From assembly GCF_009914755.1 (NCBI RefSeq), contig NC_060926.1: DNA of 64,000 bases. One strand, 5' to 3'. The notes below the pieces were generated by a model. It searched no databases, was not told the origin of the DNA, and saw only the letters and a program-made list of their open reading frames with translations. This document shows, one piece after another, positions 13,500 to 26,953 of the stretch; position 1 is the stretch's first letter; every line of letters begins with the position of its first letter. This DNA comes from the human T2T-CHM13v2.0 reference genome, Homo sapiens. The position numbers and the translations under genes were made by a program.

Positions 13500-16400
13500 G
13501 ATGTTTGAGCTGAGATGCTTTTTAAAATAATGCAATTTTAGCATTACAGTGATTCATGAGAGGCCATCTGGTCTAATTTTCAACTAATGTAGGGAGTGTT
13601 CTCTACAATATCTCTGAGAGTTCATTGTAGAAATTTAAATAAAAAGAGCTCCATCATAGAAAAATAGTCATCATAGAAAAATAGAAACATACAGAAAGGT
13701 ATGTTTCACCACAAGTAAAAGTCTGGCAGGATCTCTCTGAAAACACTTCAGAGTGCTATTCATTGGCTTGATTATTGAACTATGATGTAGGGTCTGTTCC
13801 TCAGCCTCTTAGGATCATAAACTGGATTTAGTCAGCAAACCTAGAGTGGAGCCATATTTCAGTATCAGATCCACATTAATCAAGCTCATTACAAACCCAG
13901 TCTCCCAGTGCCAGAGGAAATGGTGCCCTTACATTGTATTATCAATCCACTCTTATAGAAAAGTTACATGGGAAACCAAATCATAATTAGAAGCAGTTTA
14001 ATGTATAATGGAGAAGTAATGACAGCTGTCAAAGTACTTGAAATTCATATCACAGTACTTCCTTTCGCTGCAAGCAGACATTTGTGGGCATCAAAACTTT
14101 TCTTTTCCTAGCCTTCCAATTGCTGACCATTCCCTCTTCACTTCCAGTTCTTGTACCTCCCTGTAGCTCAACTACTGTCAATGGTGGTCGTCCAACCTCC
14201 AAATATATCAATGGAGAGAGGATAATGGAAAGAGGCAGCTTGATGCCTGAGCCACACTTGGATGGCACCGGTTACTCCATATTTCTTAGGCGGAACTGAA
14301 ATCTACTTCCTGGAGCTTCTATCTGTTGATCTCAGCTCTTCTCGCTGAACAATTGTTTACCCTTCTATATTAGTCTTTTGGCCACTTGCAAATGGCAACT
14401 ATATATATTCTTAATATTTTCTTTTCCAGATTAAATATTTCCAACTCCTTCATTGTTGCTGGAACCTTCACCAATTTGGTTGGCCTTCTCTAGGCATCAC
14501 CATTTTACAATCACCATTTTACAATTCCCTCTTAAATTGTGGTGTCTCAATTATCCATGGTGCTCCAGATACTAATCATTTCAGAATACAGTGAAACTCT
14601 TGTCTCTTCCAGTCTGCTCAATTTTGCTTCTGTAAATGTAGCTCAATATTGTGCTTTTATTTAACCTTCTCTGTCATGGTATTGACTGAAACCTCTGAGT
14701 CATAAACCTGGTATCCTCAATTTTGTATTTAGGCTATTGGTTTTTTGTTTTTTTTTTTAACTTAAGTGTAAGGTTTTGCATTTATCCTTGTAAAATTTTA
14801 CTGATCTGGGCCCAGTTTTCTAGCTGTTCAGGATGATTGTGAGTCCTGCCTTTTTTTTTTCTTTTCTTTTTTTTTTTTTTTTTTTTGGTAATTAGCTATG
14901 CCCAACAATGCATGATCCATACTTTTTCTTTTTTCAAGCCAGCCTTTTTCAGTTTCAGGAAGTCATTAAAAAGTTTAACAGAGCAAAGGCAAGGACTTTG
15001 CCATAATTTTTGCTTTCTATCATCTAACTGGTCAAATGAAAAAGAGAAGTGAGGTTAGTTTGGGATGATTTACTCTTAGTAAATCTGAGTTGTCTTCTTG
15101 TGATTACCATGTGGCTTTTTAAAGTGCCCATAATTCACCTATTGAATAATTTGATCTCTGACTTTGCTGGGCAACAGCATCAAGCTTGCCCCTTTGTAGT
15201 TTTCTCCCTTTTTGAAAATTGGGTCATTGTTTGCTACTTTTATTCTGGTTTTTCATCTGAGTTCTATCATAGTTGCAAACTTCGTATCCTAAGTGTAATT
15301 GCCCTGGGCCTGGAGGTTTGAACCTACTTAAAACAACCTGTTTAGAGCTTTGAATACTTATTTACAACATGTGTCCCTTCTAGTTTAAATAAGACTAATT
15401 CCCCAATGGAATAGATGGAAGCAAAATAGAGGCTGATTAGTTGTGATTTTAGTCCATCACCCAGTAACATTATGCCGTTTTTTTCCAAGCCTGTGAATTA
15501 TAAGCCTTAGCTCATTACATCTCTAGCCTTCCCGACAGGCTTACAGGTTGATATCACTTAAAAAATTTTTAAAGCTGTTATATGTTCTTTCTGTCTCTTT
15601 TATGTGGTCATTAAATCTGAGTTTATCTGAAGACTACCTGTTTTAAAGAAACTGAATTGCTTCCATCAGATTGTAAAGAGGCAGAAAAAAAGAGAAACTA
15701 AATTGCTTTATTTTGATTTGTTTTCTCATCAGGATTATTTCCAATCGTATAGTAGAATTTCTTTTTACATTCTTTCATTCCTCTTGAACAATAGTCAGCC
15801 TTATTTATCTTTAGCCATGGGTTTATAATTCCTTTTTTCCTGCTCTCTTAAAGTTTAGGGAACATTTAATCCTGTCACTGTTTCAAACTCCATCTCTGTC
15901 TCTTGATTAAAAAGAGCCAAGAATGTGAAAAGGAGTTAACACAATTCCTAGCACATAGTAATGTTATTTTTCCCCTTTCTTCCTTCCCCTGCCATCTGTC
16001 TGTAGAGGCTCCTAAGTGTCCTTTGGAGTAGTTATGTCCATTGGGAGACCCTCATGGCTATCATATGAAGCCAGTAGTTTAGGCTTCTTTTTCATACATC
16101 CATGTTATTTCACTGTCACTGTATTCAGGTGCAAACCTGACTCTCACTCCAAAGCACACCATGAGACCTCCTATCAGTACTTGGTCATTCACTTAGGAGG
16201 TCTGTCTTCTTTGATTTTTCTTTCTGACCTCCCATCTGATTCATCTTGCAAAAAACTTCATCAGCAATTTTAATAGGCTGCAGTCTGGAAACTGTTCCTT
16301 GACTGTTAACATCTTCAGTAGCAGAGCATGTACCTTGTGAAATATGGCTCTAGCTTAAAGCAAGAGCACAAGCATAGAATATCCCTCACAGGTCCCTGCA

Positions 16401-16600
16401 GCTCTTCGCTTGGTACATTTGTCAGCTATCCTGAAGAATTAACATTCTTCGCAGCTCCTAAACATTTTACTGGAAATTACACTGGGAAGTATTCCTTGCT
16501 ATCTGTAAATCTGCTTTTCCTGCCCTCTCCATAGGCTAACAGCTTTCTACCTAACATCAATGAGCAATTGGTAAATTCATTTTAGATCTTAAAACAGTGT
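13500..16600 (-). mobile_element. Ancient L3/CR1 LINE remnants (fragmented, boundaries approximate)
   Basis: Minus strand at about 15045-15092 reads QLRFTKSKSSQTNLTS, similar to the CR1 RT motif QHGFTKGKSCQTNLIS. Confidence 0.55.
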
Positions 16601-16730
16601 CTTAAGCCACCTTGCAGTACCTTCCTAATGAGCACCTCTGTGTTTGAAAATATAACACCAGTGTTTTATATTAGGGCAGGGGGACCAAGAAGTTCATCTA
16701 TTTTGTTTTTATCTTTAAAAACAAATGCAG

Positions 16731-16830
16731 GTTGATGAGCCAACCCTTTCCTGGTCACGTCCATCCACTAGAGCCAGTGAAGTACTATGTTCCACCAACG
16801 TTTCTCACTATGAGCTCCAAGTAGAAATAG
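16731..16830 (+). CDS. STRADB: STRADB exon 4 (VDEPTLSWSRPSTRASEVLCSTNVSHYELQVEIG)
   Basis: tgcAG acceptor, 100 nt, GTAATA donor; inside ORF 16725..16949. Confidence 0.95.
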
Positions 16831-18859
16831 GTAATAATCCTGAATTTCTAATTGACCCTTCAGTGCTAGAAATTAAATTGATGACAAAAAGATTATTTTG
16901 TGGGCAAGTGTTTTTCTGTTGTTACCTCCAGCATAAAACTAGATGCTAATTGTGTCAGTCAAGTGGATTCAATTAATTTATGTCTATCTTAAAATAATGA
17001 CTCAGATTTTTTCAAGATTACTGTCTAGAACGTTTACTTTTCCATTGAAGTACATTTAGATGAGGAAGACACTAAATACTTATTATTTGTGTGTTTATTG
17101 TGGGAAGCATCTATTTTATGGGTATAATTTCTACTGGGTATGAAGTAAAATCAAGTCATCTAAATCTTTTCAGTCACAATCCTTTAAATTGCTTCTCAGT
17201 TTAAAAATTTATCTAAAATATCATTTGTAGTAGAAAGCTTTTTCAGTTAAGTGTGGAATAGGATGGGTTATTGTTTATAGCTTTACATATGTGAAACATT
17301 TGCTCTGAATATTTAGAAACATCTATTAAACACTACACACCGGTGATTGTGTTAGGTGCTAGGGAAACAAAGCATGGTAGAACACTTGGAATTGACATCA
17401 TCTCTGGGAAGATGAAGACACAATATAGCTTCGTTTTATGCACTGGAGGGTACTTTAGTAGAGGTATGTCCTAAGTGTTATGGGAACAGAGAAGATGGAG
17501 CATACAACGAACCACCTCTGGGAGTTAAGAGAGATGGCAAAAAGGGGCTGGATCTTGAATGAGGAAGAGTTTGCTAGATATTCTAGTCATAGGTTTTGTT
17601 ATAGACAACATAAACAATCCTGGCTAACTTAAGTGAAAAAGGAATATTTGAACAGTGCTGCTAACTCACAGAATTATTGGCTAGAGAACTAGGCTTGGAA
17701 GAAGCCAAGAGAAGCTGCATGACAAGGACCAGGACTGTGGAATAGGAGCAGCCTAGTGAATGTACTGCCCGCCACCAGACGCTGGCCCCCTGCTGATAGC
17801 TCTGACGACTGCTGCTGCTTTGTCCTTCACTCCGTACTCCAGTTGGCCAAGCATAGGTCGCATGCCAGGGTCAAGGAGACTAAGGGAGAGTAAGGATCTG
17901 ACCTTTTTGAAATAACACAAAGTGGCAAATGCCCCAAAATTAGAAAGGAGTTTCAAATGGTGCCAATTCTAAAAAGGTAAAAACATGTTTACCTCAGTAA
18001 ATGACTGAGGAAGGATGGTTAGGGGAGAATACCATATAGTTCCTCTGTGACTGCAAGTGGGAACAAGGGGAGAGTAGGCAGTGGTAGGAGATGAATCTGG
18101 AAAGGCAGGTTTGGAACACGTTGTGAAGGACTTCATGTGGTTGGATTTAGAATGGCCTCCACAACCTACCCTCCTTATTACTCAGAGGATTTAAGGTGGA
18201 GATTTGGAATTGTCCTTCCGCTAGAGAGACATTGTGGAATCATGATGACAATAATAGCATCTAACAGGCATTATGCTGAACATTATGTATTTTTTTCTTT
18301 AACCCTTTGCCACTCCCATTTCGCAGATGAGGATACCGAGGCTCTGAGTCATACAGTTAGTGATTTGAAACCAGATCTTTCTGACTGTAGGATCTAAGCT
18401 CTCAGCTGCTGCAGGACCTGCTATTGATAAAATGCCAAATTTAAAACAACTCAGGCAACAGTCAGGAAGATGTAGTAGATCAGCAATGCACAACCAGAAG
18501 TGTCATCTTCATTACCTGTGTCTTTTTTAAAATTACAGCACCTATATTCCATCACAGAGCTACTGAACCAGGGTTTCTTGGGAGTAGGGCCAAGGCAGAG
18601 GCATTTTGCAGTAGTTCCCTCAGTAATTCTGGTGTGTGCCCTGGCTGAGAATTCAGGGCATATGAGGGAGTCACTGCATACATCCAGGGCAACAGGACAG
18701 GGCTCAAACTAAGTCAGTGATGCTGACACTGAGGGGAGGAGACGAATTTGAGATTAACTTCATTTCAAAAATAAAACTGACAAAATTTGGTGACCATGGA
18801 GAGAGGGAGGTAACTAATATTTATTAGGTGGCTGCCAGCAGATGCCACTCTAGGTGTTT

Positions 18860-19690
18860 TACATTTAAAAAGCTGATGATATCAAATGCTGGTGAGTATG
18901 TCAGGCAGTGACAGCTCTTATACATTGTTTGTGGGAATATGAAATGATTCAGCCACTTTTGAAAACAATTTGGCAACTTCTTATAACGTTAAGCATATGT
19001 TTATCACATGACCCAGCAATCTCACTCGCAGATATTTGCCAAAGATAAATGAAAACACATGTCTACTTAAAAACCTGTATAGGAATGTTTTTGGCAGCTT
19101 TATAGTCACCAAAAACTGAAAACAAGCTAATAGCCACCATCAGCATTATAAATGGATAAATAAATTGTGGTATAGCCATACAATTGTTTATTGCTCAGCA
19201 ATAGAAATTAATTGCTGATACATACAGCAACGTGGATGAGTCTCAGAAGCATATGCCAAGTGAAAGAAGCTAAACACAAAAGAAGTTGACGACTGTGTTC
19301 TTTTTGATACCATTTATGTGACAAAAATCAGATTGGTGGTTGCCAGGGACTGGGAGTGGGGATGGGATTGCCGAGTAGCATTCCATTGTGTGAGTATATC
19401 GCAATTGGTTTATCAAGTCACAATTTTAGTCATCATAATAGATATGTAATGGTGTGTCACTGTTTTAATTTGCATTTCTCTATCTTGAGCATCTTTTCAT
19501 AGGCATATTGGCTGTTCCTATATCTTATTTTGTGGATTGCCTGTTTAATCCTCTGCCTGTTTTTTAATTGGATTGCTTGATAAGTATTATTAATACTTTG
19601 AATCAGTAGTGTGCCTTTTCATTTTCTTAACAGTACTTTTTGAAGAGTAAGACTTTTCAATTTTGATGATGTCTAAATTGTCAGTTTTTT
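18860..19690. mobile_element. Old L1M 3' fragments, sense then antisense
   Basis: atgacccagcaatctcactc, aatggataaataaattgtggtata; antisense ttttaatttgcatttctct. Confidence 0.7.
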
Positions 19691-19732
19691 TTCTTCTTTG
19701 GTTACTAACATGAGTTTTATGTCTGATTACAG

Positions 19733-19854
19733 GAAGAGGATTTGACAACTTGACTTCTGTCCATCTTGCACGGCATACTCCCACGGGAACACTGGTAACT
19801 ATAAAAATTACAAATCTGGAAAACTGCAATGAAGAACGCCTGAAAGCTTTACAG
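19733..19854 (+). CDS. STRADB: STRADB exon 5 (GRGFDNLTSVHLARHTPTGTLVTIKITNLENCNEERLKALQ; degenerate Gly loop and VTIK lysine)
   Basis: tacAG acceptor, 122 nt, GTAACA donor; phase matches exons 4 and 6. Confidence 0.96.
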
Positions 19855-19879
19855 GTAACAATATGAAGAAAATGATACA

Positions 19880-20219
19880 CAGTTGGGCCTCTGTATCCAC
19901 TGGTTCCACATCTGCAGATTCAACCAATTGTGAATAGAAAATATATATTTTAAAATAAATAATACAATAAAAAATAGTACAAATAAAACACAGCATAACT
20001 ATTTACATAGCATTTACATTGTATTAGGCATTATAAGTAACCTAGAAATGATTTAAAGTATATGGGAGGATGTGCATAGCTTATATGCGAATATTATGCC
20101 ATTTTATACAAGGGACTTGAGCATTTTTAGATTTTAGTACATTTATGGGGTGGTGTGTAGGAGGCGGTCAGGGGATGCAGTCCTGGAACCAATGCTCCAT
20201 GGATACTAAGGGGTGATTG
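19880..20219. mobile_element. MER2 (TcMar-Tigger) element 25 nt downstream of the exon 5 donor
   Basis: TIRs cagttgggcctctgtatcc...ggatactaaggggtgattg followed by TA. Confidence 0.85.
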
Positions 20220-20552
20220 TATTTAATATAATGTTTATTTGAGGAGATTACATCTGTAAGAATTTTCTCCCCCAAACTAATAGTTCTTCTGTTAGGGAAA
20301 TACAGATTTCTTCTAATTAACATGCAGTTACAGAATTGGAAAGAATACTTGGAAGCCAGGTTCATTATATGAAAGAACAAATATATTCAAACTTTGGTAA
20401 CTGCTGCTCCTTCAAATGAATATCATATTCAAAATGCTAGTCTGGAGTTTTACAATACTCCTAGTCAGTCCCATCCTAAATAGTCACATAGGGAAATGGA
20501 AGAAATCAAAAACAGTTTCCTTTTCATCCAGTTAAGCAAAATTAATTTCTGA

Positions 20553-20967
<415 letters not shown>

Positions 20968-21424
20968 CCAATTCTTAAAATATTTATATGTGCACATGTA
21001 TATTACACAAACAAAAAAAGACTAGGAGAAACTATACCAAAATGTTAACAGTGGCTCTCTGTGAGGTAGCAATAGAGGGATTTTTATGTATTTTTAAATG
21101 TTTTTATGATAAGAACATAGAACAGTTGTTAAGAGTATGACCCTAGAGGGAAACTAAGTTCACATTCTACTTCCACTTCTTTTTATTAATTGCATGCTTT
21201 TGGACAGGTTTTCTAACTTATTTTTAAGTGTTGTCTTCTGAAAAATGGGAATCATAATATCACATACTTTGTGGAGTGGTTGTGAGATTTAAATAGATAA
21301 AAGCACTAAGAACAGTGCTTTCACTAATAAGCACCCTTGAGTATTAGCTGCCACGACCGCCATTTTCATCATAAGGAAAAAACAGTTGTTTTTAAATGTC
21401 TTGTCTCTTGTGTGTTTATCCTAG

Positions 21425-21533
21425 AAAGCCGTGATTCTATCCCACTTTTTCCGGCATCCCAATATTACAACTTATTGGACAGTTTTCACTGTTGGCAGCT
21501 GGCTTTGGGTTATTTCTCCATTTATGGCCTATG
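21425..21533 (+). CDS. STRADB: STRADB exon 6 (KAVILSHFFRHPNITTYWTVFTVGSWLWVISPFMAYG)
   Basis: cctAG acceptor, 109 nt, GTAAGA donor; HPNI kinase motif. Confidence 0.96.
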
Positions 21534-22396
21534 GTAAGAATGCTGGTTTTAAATAAATTAACTTAGCCTAGATGTTATAATTATATAGATGAGTTGGGAT
21601 TTTAGATTTATGATTTGCCACATTTAATTTATAAGTCTAATGACTGATTTTAGATTTCATGGTATATTTCTATATCTGGTACATGTTGAATTTTAGTCTG
21701 CAGAAAAAAGTAAGAATTGGTATGATGATCAGTGAACCACCACTGCTTTTCCAAGAATTCCGTGCCTTTGCACAAGCTGTGTCTTCCCTTCAGCTTCCTT
21801 CCCCTCTTTTAATGGAGACCTACTGTTATTCTGCAGGAAGAAGTTGTTTTTCCACCTCTGCCCCCCATCCCTGTCCGTTTCACTGCATTGTAAACTATTT
21901 CACTGTATTAGAAACATCTTTGTGTGTGTCCATGTCCCTCACTGGACTTGTGCTTCTTGAGGGCCGGGATCATTTATATATTTTTTATTTGTGGTGTCCC
22001 CAGGTGCTCACGTAGTACTTAGCACAAAGTAGTGTTCAATAATTGTGTTGAATAAATAGTGAATGGATTCTAGAGCTTTGATTTTTAGGACAGCTTTTGT
22101 GAATTGCTTCTGGATTTAAGAAAAAAAAATATATATATATATACACACAGAATGTATTTTTATTCAATAATATTGACAAATCATTAATTCTCTTCCCTAA
22201 TCTCTAAAGTGTCATTACAAAAAATTGTTTAAAGATTCTTGAAAGAAAATCATGTTTGTGTGGGAAAGTGTTGTTTGGGTTAGACTCCAAAAAGTAACAG
22301 GTATGTTTGTGTTTATGGTTGAAAAGAACATTAAAATACAGCTGGAAGCAAAATCACTTTCAATGTTCATCTAAGGATTTTAGGGGTTTCTTTCAG

Positions 22397-22520
22397 GTTC
22401 AGCAAGTCAACTCTTGAGGACCTATTTTCCTGAAGGAATGAGTGAAACTTTAATAAGAAACATTCTCTTTGGAGCCGTGAGAGGGTTGAACTATCTGCAC
22501 CAAAATGGCTGTATTCACAG
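22397..22520 (+). CDS. STRADB: STRADB exon 7 (SASQLLRTYFPEGMSETLIRNILFGAVRGLNYLHQNGCIHR)
   Basis: tttcAG acceptor, 124 nt, GTATTT donor; GLNYLH..IHR subdomain VIa/b. Confidence 0.96.
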
Positions 22521-23470
22521 GTATTTACTTATTTGTATTTATTAAATGAAATAATTTTAATGGAAGAACTCTTTGAAGGAGGTTTTAGGAAGGAGCAGTT
22601 GAATATTAGAAAAAAGGGATAGGAAACTTGTAAGTGAAAATTGAGGGAGGAAGGGACCATTAGGTGCAGTGGATTGCTTACATTTTATGTCCATTCGCCA
22701 AACATGTTCAGACCACATCCTCTGTGCCAAGCAGTTATTGGGATTGGGGTGGAGTGCCTGCCCTCATGGAGCTCACAGTCTCAATCTAATGAGGATGTTC
22801 AAGAGATGAGCTGTAGGAAATGGGATCCTAGTTAGCTGGGTGTTTTTCGTTTTGTTTTTGTTTAAGCAAATGAAGAGCTTCATTATCTGCTTTCCATCTT
22901 ATGCATAAATTGGAATTAAACTTTTCTTTGATTTCTTATTTTGCAGTACCTTGAGATTATCATCCTAAATATCACTTCTCTTGTTACCAAAGTGTATATG
23001 CAAAAGTGATTGAATGTTAAAAACAGTGCTATTCTAAGATATACTGTGACTTTGTCTTACTTTTTAATTAAGTTACTTTTAAATAAGCTTGCTTTCCTAT
23101 TGTTTGTTTCAATCCCCTTAAAGCTTTTTGTCTTACTTTTTTTTTTTTTTTTTAGCAAAATTCTAGTTAACCAAGGATTTCCAACACACTATATTCTGGT
23201 TAACTGAGGTTTCATTATATGTCACCAGATGATTGGCCATCCTCCTCTGTTAAGTTTCTAAATTCAGTGTTTGGTATCGAAAAACAAGGCTCTTATAATT
23301 TATCTGACAATTAAAGGAAATGTATAAGATATATTTTTATAAATGATGTATGAGAGACTTATTGGATAGTATTACATTTAGCTTTATAACCTTATATTTC
23401 AAATATTGTTTGATTTTTTTTTAGATAGCTTATTAGGTGTTTTGTAACAGCATTCAAAAATAGTGAAATT

Positions 23471-24141
<671 letters not shown>

Positions 24142-24397
24142 TATCAGTTCTTAACACGTAGCTTTCAATTATATCTTTACTTGTGTTGGTGCTGTAGTAA
24201 GTAGCTGAAAGAATTCCTATTCCCTGAACATTTCCTGTGTAAACAGCAGTTTTGCAGTACTGTTTTGCAGTTTATACTGCTGTTTTGTAAAGGGTATTTA
24301 ATTTCCAAGAGAATATATGGATTTGTTCCTGCCAGATTTTTATTCTTTCTTCATTGGCCAGTTTCCTGTTACTTAGCATTGTTTCTTTTTGTTCTAG

Positions 24398-24569
24398 GAG
24401 TATTAAAGCCAGCCATATCCTCATTTCTGGTGATGGCCTAGTGACCCTCTCTGGCCTTTCCCATCTGCATAGTTTGGTTAAGCATGGACAGAGGCATAGG
24501 GCTGTGTATGATTTCCCACAGTTCAGCACATCAGTGCAGCCGTGGCTGAGTCCAGAACTACTGAGACAG
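24398..24569 (+). CDS. STRADB: STRADB exon 8 (SIKASHILISGDGLVTLSGLSHLH...PWLSPELLRQ; HRD replaced by HRS, DFG by GLS)
   Basis: ttctAG acceptor, 172 nt, GTCAGG donor; inside ORF 24354..24629; pseudokinase substitutions typical of STRAD. Confidence 0.96.
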
Positions 24570-24865
24570 GTCAGGTGTGGCCGTTGGATTGGGTTGTCTG
24601 TGTCTCAAGTGTCTTCTGAGTTTGGCTAAAGTACAGTTGTGTCTTTATATTTGGATTGGTGAATGGCCTTCTGCAAGACTTTATTTCTCTTTCTTGTCAA
24701 AATTATGTTAGGAAATTAAATACCATATATGAAGTGTGTCTTGATTTGTCGCTTATGGGTTTCTTTTCCATTATTGTTCACCATTCTTTATCGAAAAAGC
24801 ACATGTGTATAACTTTTGGTTAACTTATTTGCACTAAAAGACTTCAAATTAATTGTGTCCTACAG

Positions 24866-24970
24866 GATTTACATGGGTATAATGTGAAGTCAGATATTTA
24901 CAGTGTTGGGATTACAGCATGTGAATTAGCCAGTGGGCAGGTGCCTTTCCAGGACATGCATAGAACTCAG
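24866..24970 (+). CDS. STRADB: STRADB exon 9 ([35 protein letters not shown])
   Basis: tacAG acceptor, 105 nt, GTAAGT donor; subdomain IX SDIYSVG. Confidence 0.96.
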
Positions 24971-25135
24971 GTAAGTGCTGCTAAAATCCCTGAGCTACTT
25001 GCCTTTCATAAGACTGCTTACATTCTAGATAATTTCTGTTAAACATGTTTGCTATAGACTCTTAGGAGCTTTATTGTTGTTACTGTTTTAATATTTTGCC
25101 TGAAAAGTGTTGAAGGAAAGTTCTGTTTCTTTTAG

Positions 25136-25380
25136 ATGCTGTTACAGAAACTGAAAGGTCCTCCTTATAGCCCATTGGATATCAGTATTTTCCCTCAATC
25201 AGAATCCAGAATGAAAAATTCCCAGTCAGGTGTAGACTCTGGGATTGGAGAAAGTGTGCTTGTCTCCAGTGGAACTCACACAGTAAATAGTGACCGATTA
25301 CACACACCATCCTCAAAAACTTTCTCTCCTGCCTTCTTTAGCTTGGTACAGCTCTGTTTGCAACAAGATCCTGAGAAAAG
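25136..25380 (+). CDS. STRADB: STRADB exon 10 (MLLQKLKGPP...LCLQQDPEKR)
   Basis: ttttAG acceptor, 245 nt, GTAATA donor; matches ORF 25136..25384. Confidence 0.96.
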
Positions 25381-25524
25381 GTAATATTGATCTCTTTTAA
25401 ATAGCACAAAATGTACATGTTTTACATTTTATAGAAGCTTTGTAACATTGCCCTTCCAGGAGAATACAAATCTTTTGATCAAAATATTGTCTGCTCTAGA
25501 AAATATCAATGCTAAGAACAATTA

Positions 25525-25868
<344 letters not shown>

Positions 25869-26266
25869 TCAGAAGAGTTGGGCTCCAGTCTCAGCTGTAT
25901 CATTTTCTAACTGATTTTTACAATAAAAATGAGAGTAAAAATCAGTTACTCTTTCTAGACATTAATTAGCACATTTACGTTAAGACTCTAAGTAGTATAA
26001 AATGTAAATTGCTGCTACCCTACTAAGTTACTGTCAGTAAATACTGTGTGCAGTAAATGTTGAGTATGGATTAATTGAAGGATACCTCTACAATTATTTC
26101 CTTTAGTCAAGGTTGTAGCTAAGAATTGGGCTTCTGACATACATTCTTTTTAATCTTTTTCGTATTGGGTTTTATAGCACTAAACCTAATTTCTAACATA
26201 TTTTTACACCTGAAATCTACATTCTAATATAAAGGTTTTTTTTTATAACTTTCTTAAAAATTTCAG

Positions 26267-26309
26267 GCCATCAGCAAGCAGTTTATTGTCCCATGTTTTC
26301 TTCAAACAG
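26267..26309 (+). CDS. STRADB: STRADB exon 11 (PSASSLLSHVFFKQ)
   Basis: tttcAG acceptor, 43 nt, GTGAGC donor; completes subdomain XI. Confidence 0.95.
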
Positions 26310-26785
26310 GTGAGCTGATCTATCATCCGTTGTCTCGATGTTTTTAATTACTATTAAAAAGTCACTTTATTTTGTTGGCTTGATGAGATATTTTGGTTAC
26401 CAAGGTTCTTACTAATAACTTTGTTACAAAATAAAGTTAAAAACAAGAAAACTTTTGGTAGTTCAATTATAGACTTTCTAAAATACTTTCATTCTTCAAA
26501 ACAGAATGAGTAAAAATAAAATGGACTATCATCACATTACTGATGCTTGGTGTATATTTTGATTAATTTAGAGACATTTTCTATGTTGGCTAGAAATGAT
26601 GAAAGGGCAAAGTAACTCTGATAAGAAGTCAGTTTCTTTGGCTCTTCTTCCTGTTTTCAGATGACCAGAATCAAAGGCAGTTTTAGGGGAAATACCTGAA
26701 AACAATTTTAAACACATTTAACATAAATTCTTTAAAAGTTATTTATTGCTAACAAAACTGATATATTGAAATGATATATCAACAG

Positions 26786-26806
26786 CCTTATTTTGAGTTT
26801 CTTTAA
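26786..26806 (+). CDS. STRADB: STRADB alternative C-terminus PYFEFL-stop via an acceptor 24 nt upstream (377-aa form)
   Basis: aacAG at 26784-26785 then CCT TAT TTT GAG TTT CTT TAA in frame with exon 11; I recall a 377-aa isoform, unverified. Confidence 0.65.
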   Translation, partial: PYFEFL

Positions 26807-26809
26807 CAG

Positions 26810-26953
26810 ATGAAAGAAGAAAGCCAGGATTCAATACTTTCACTGTTGCCTCCTGCTTATAACAAGCCATCAATATCATTGCCTCCAGTGTTACCTTGGA
26901 CTGAGCCAGAATGTGATTTTCCTGATGAAAAAGACTCATACTGGGAATTCTAG
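26810..26953 (+). CDS. STRADB: STRADB last coding exon (MKEESQDS...DEKDSYWEF-stop)
   Basis: aacAG acceptor; exon lengths sum to 1257 nt = 418 aa + stop; C-terminal WEF motif. Confidence 0.96.
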   Translation: MKEESQDSILSLLPPAYNKPSISLPPVLPWTEPECDFPDEKDSYWEF

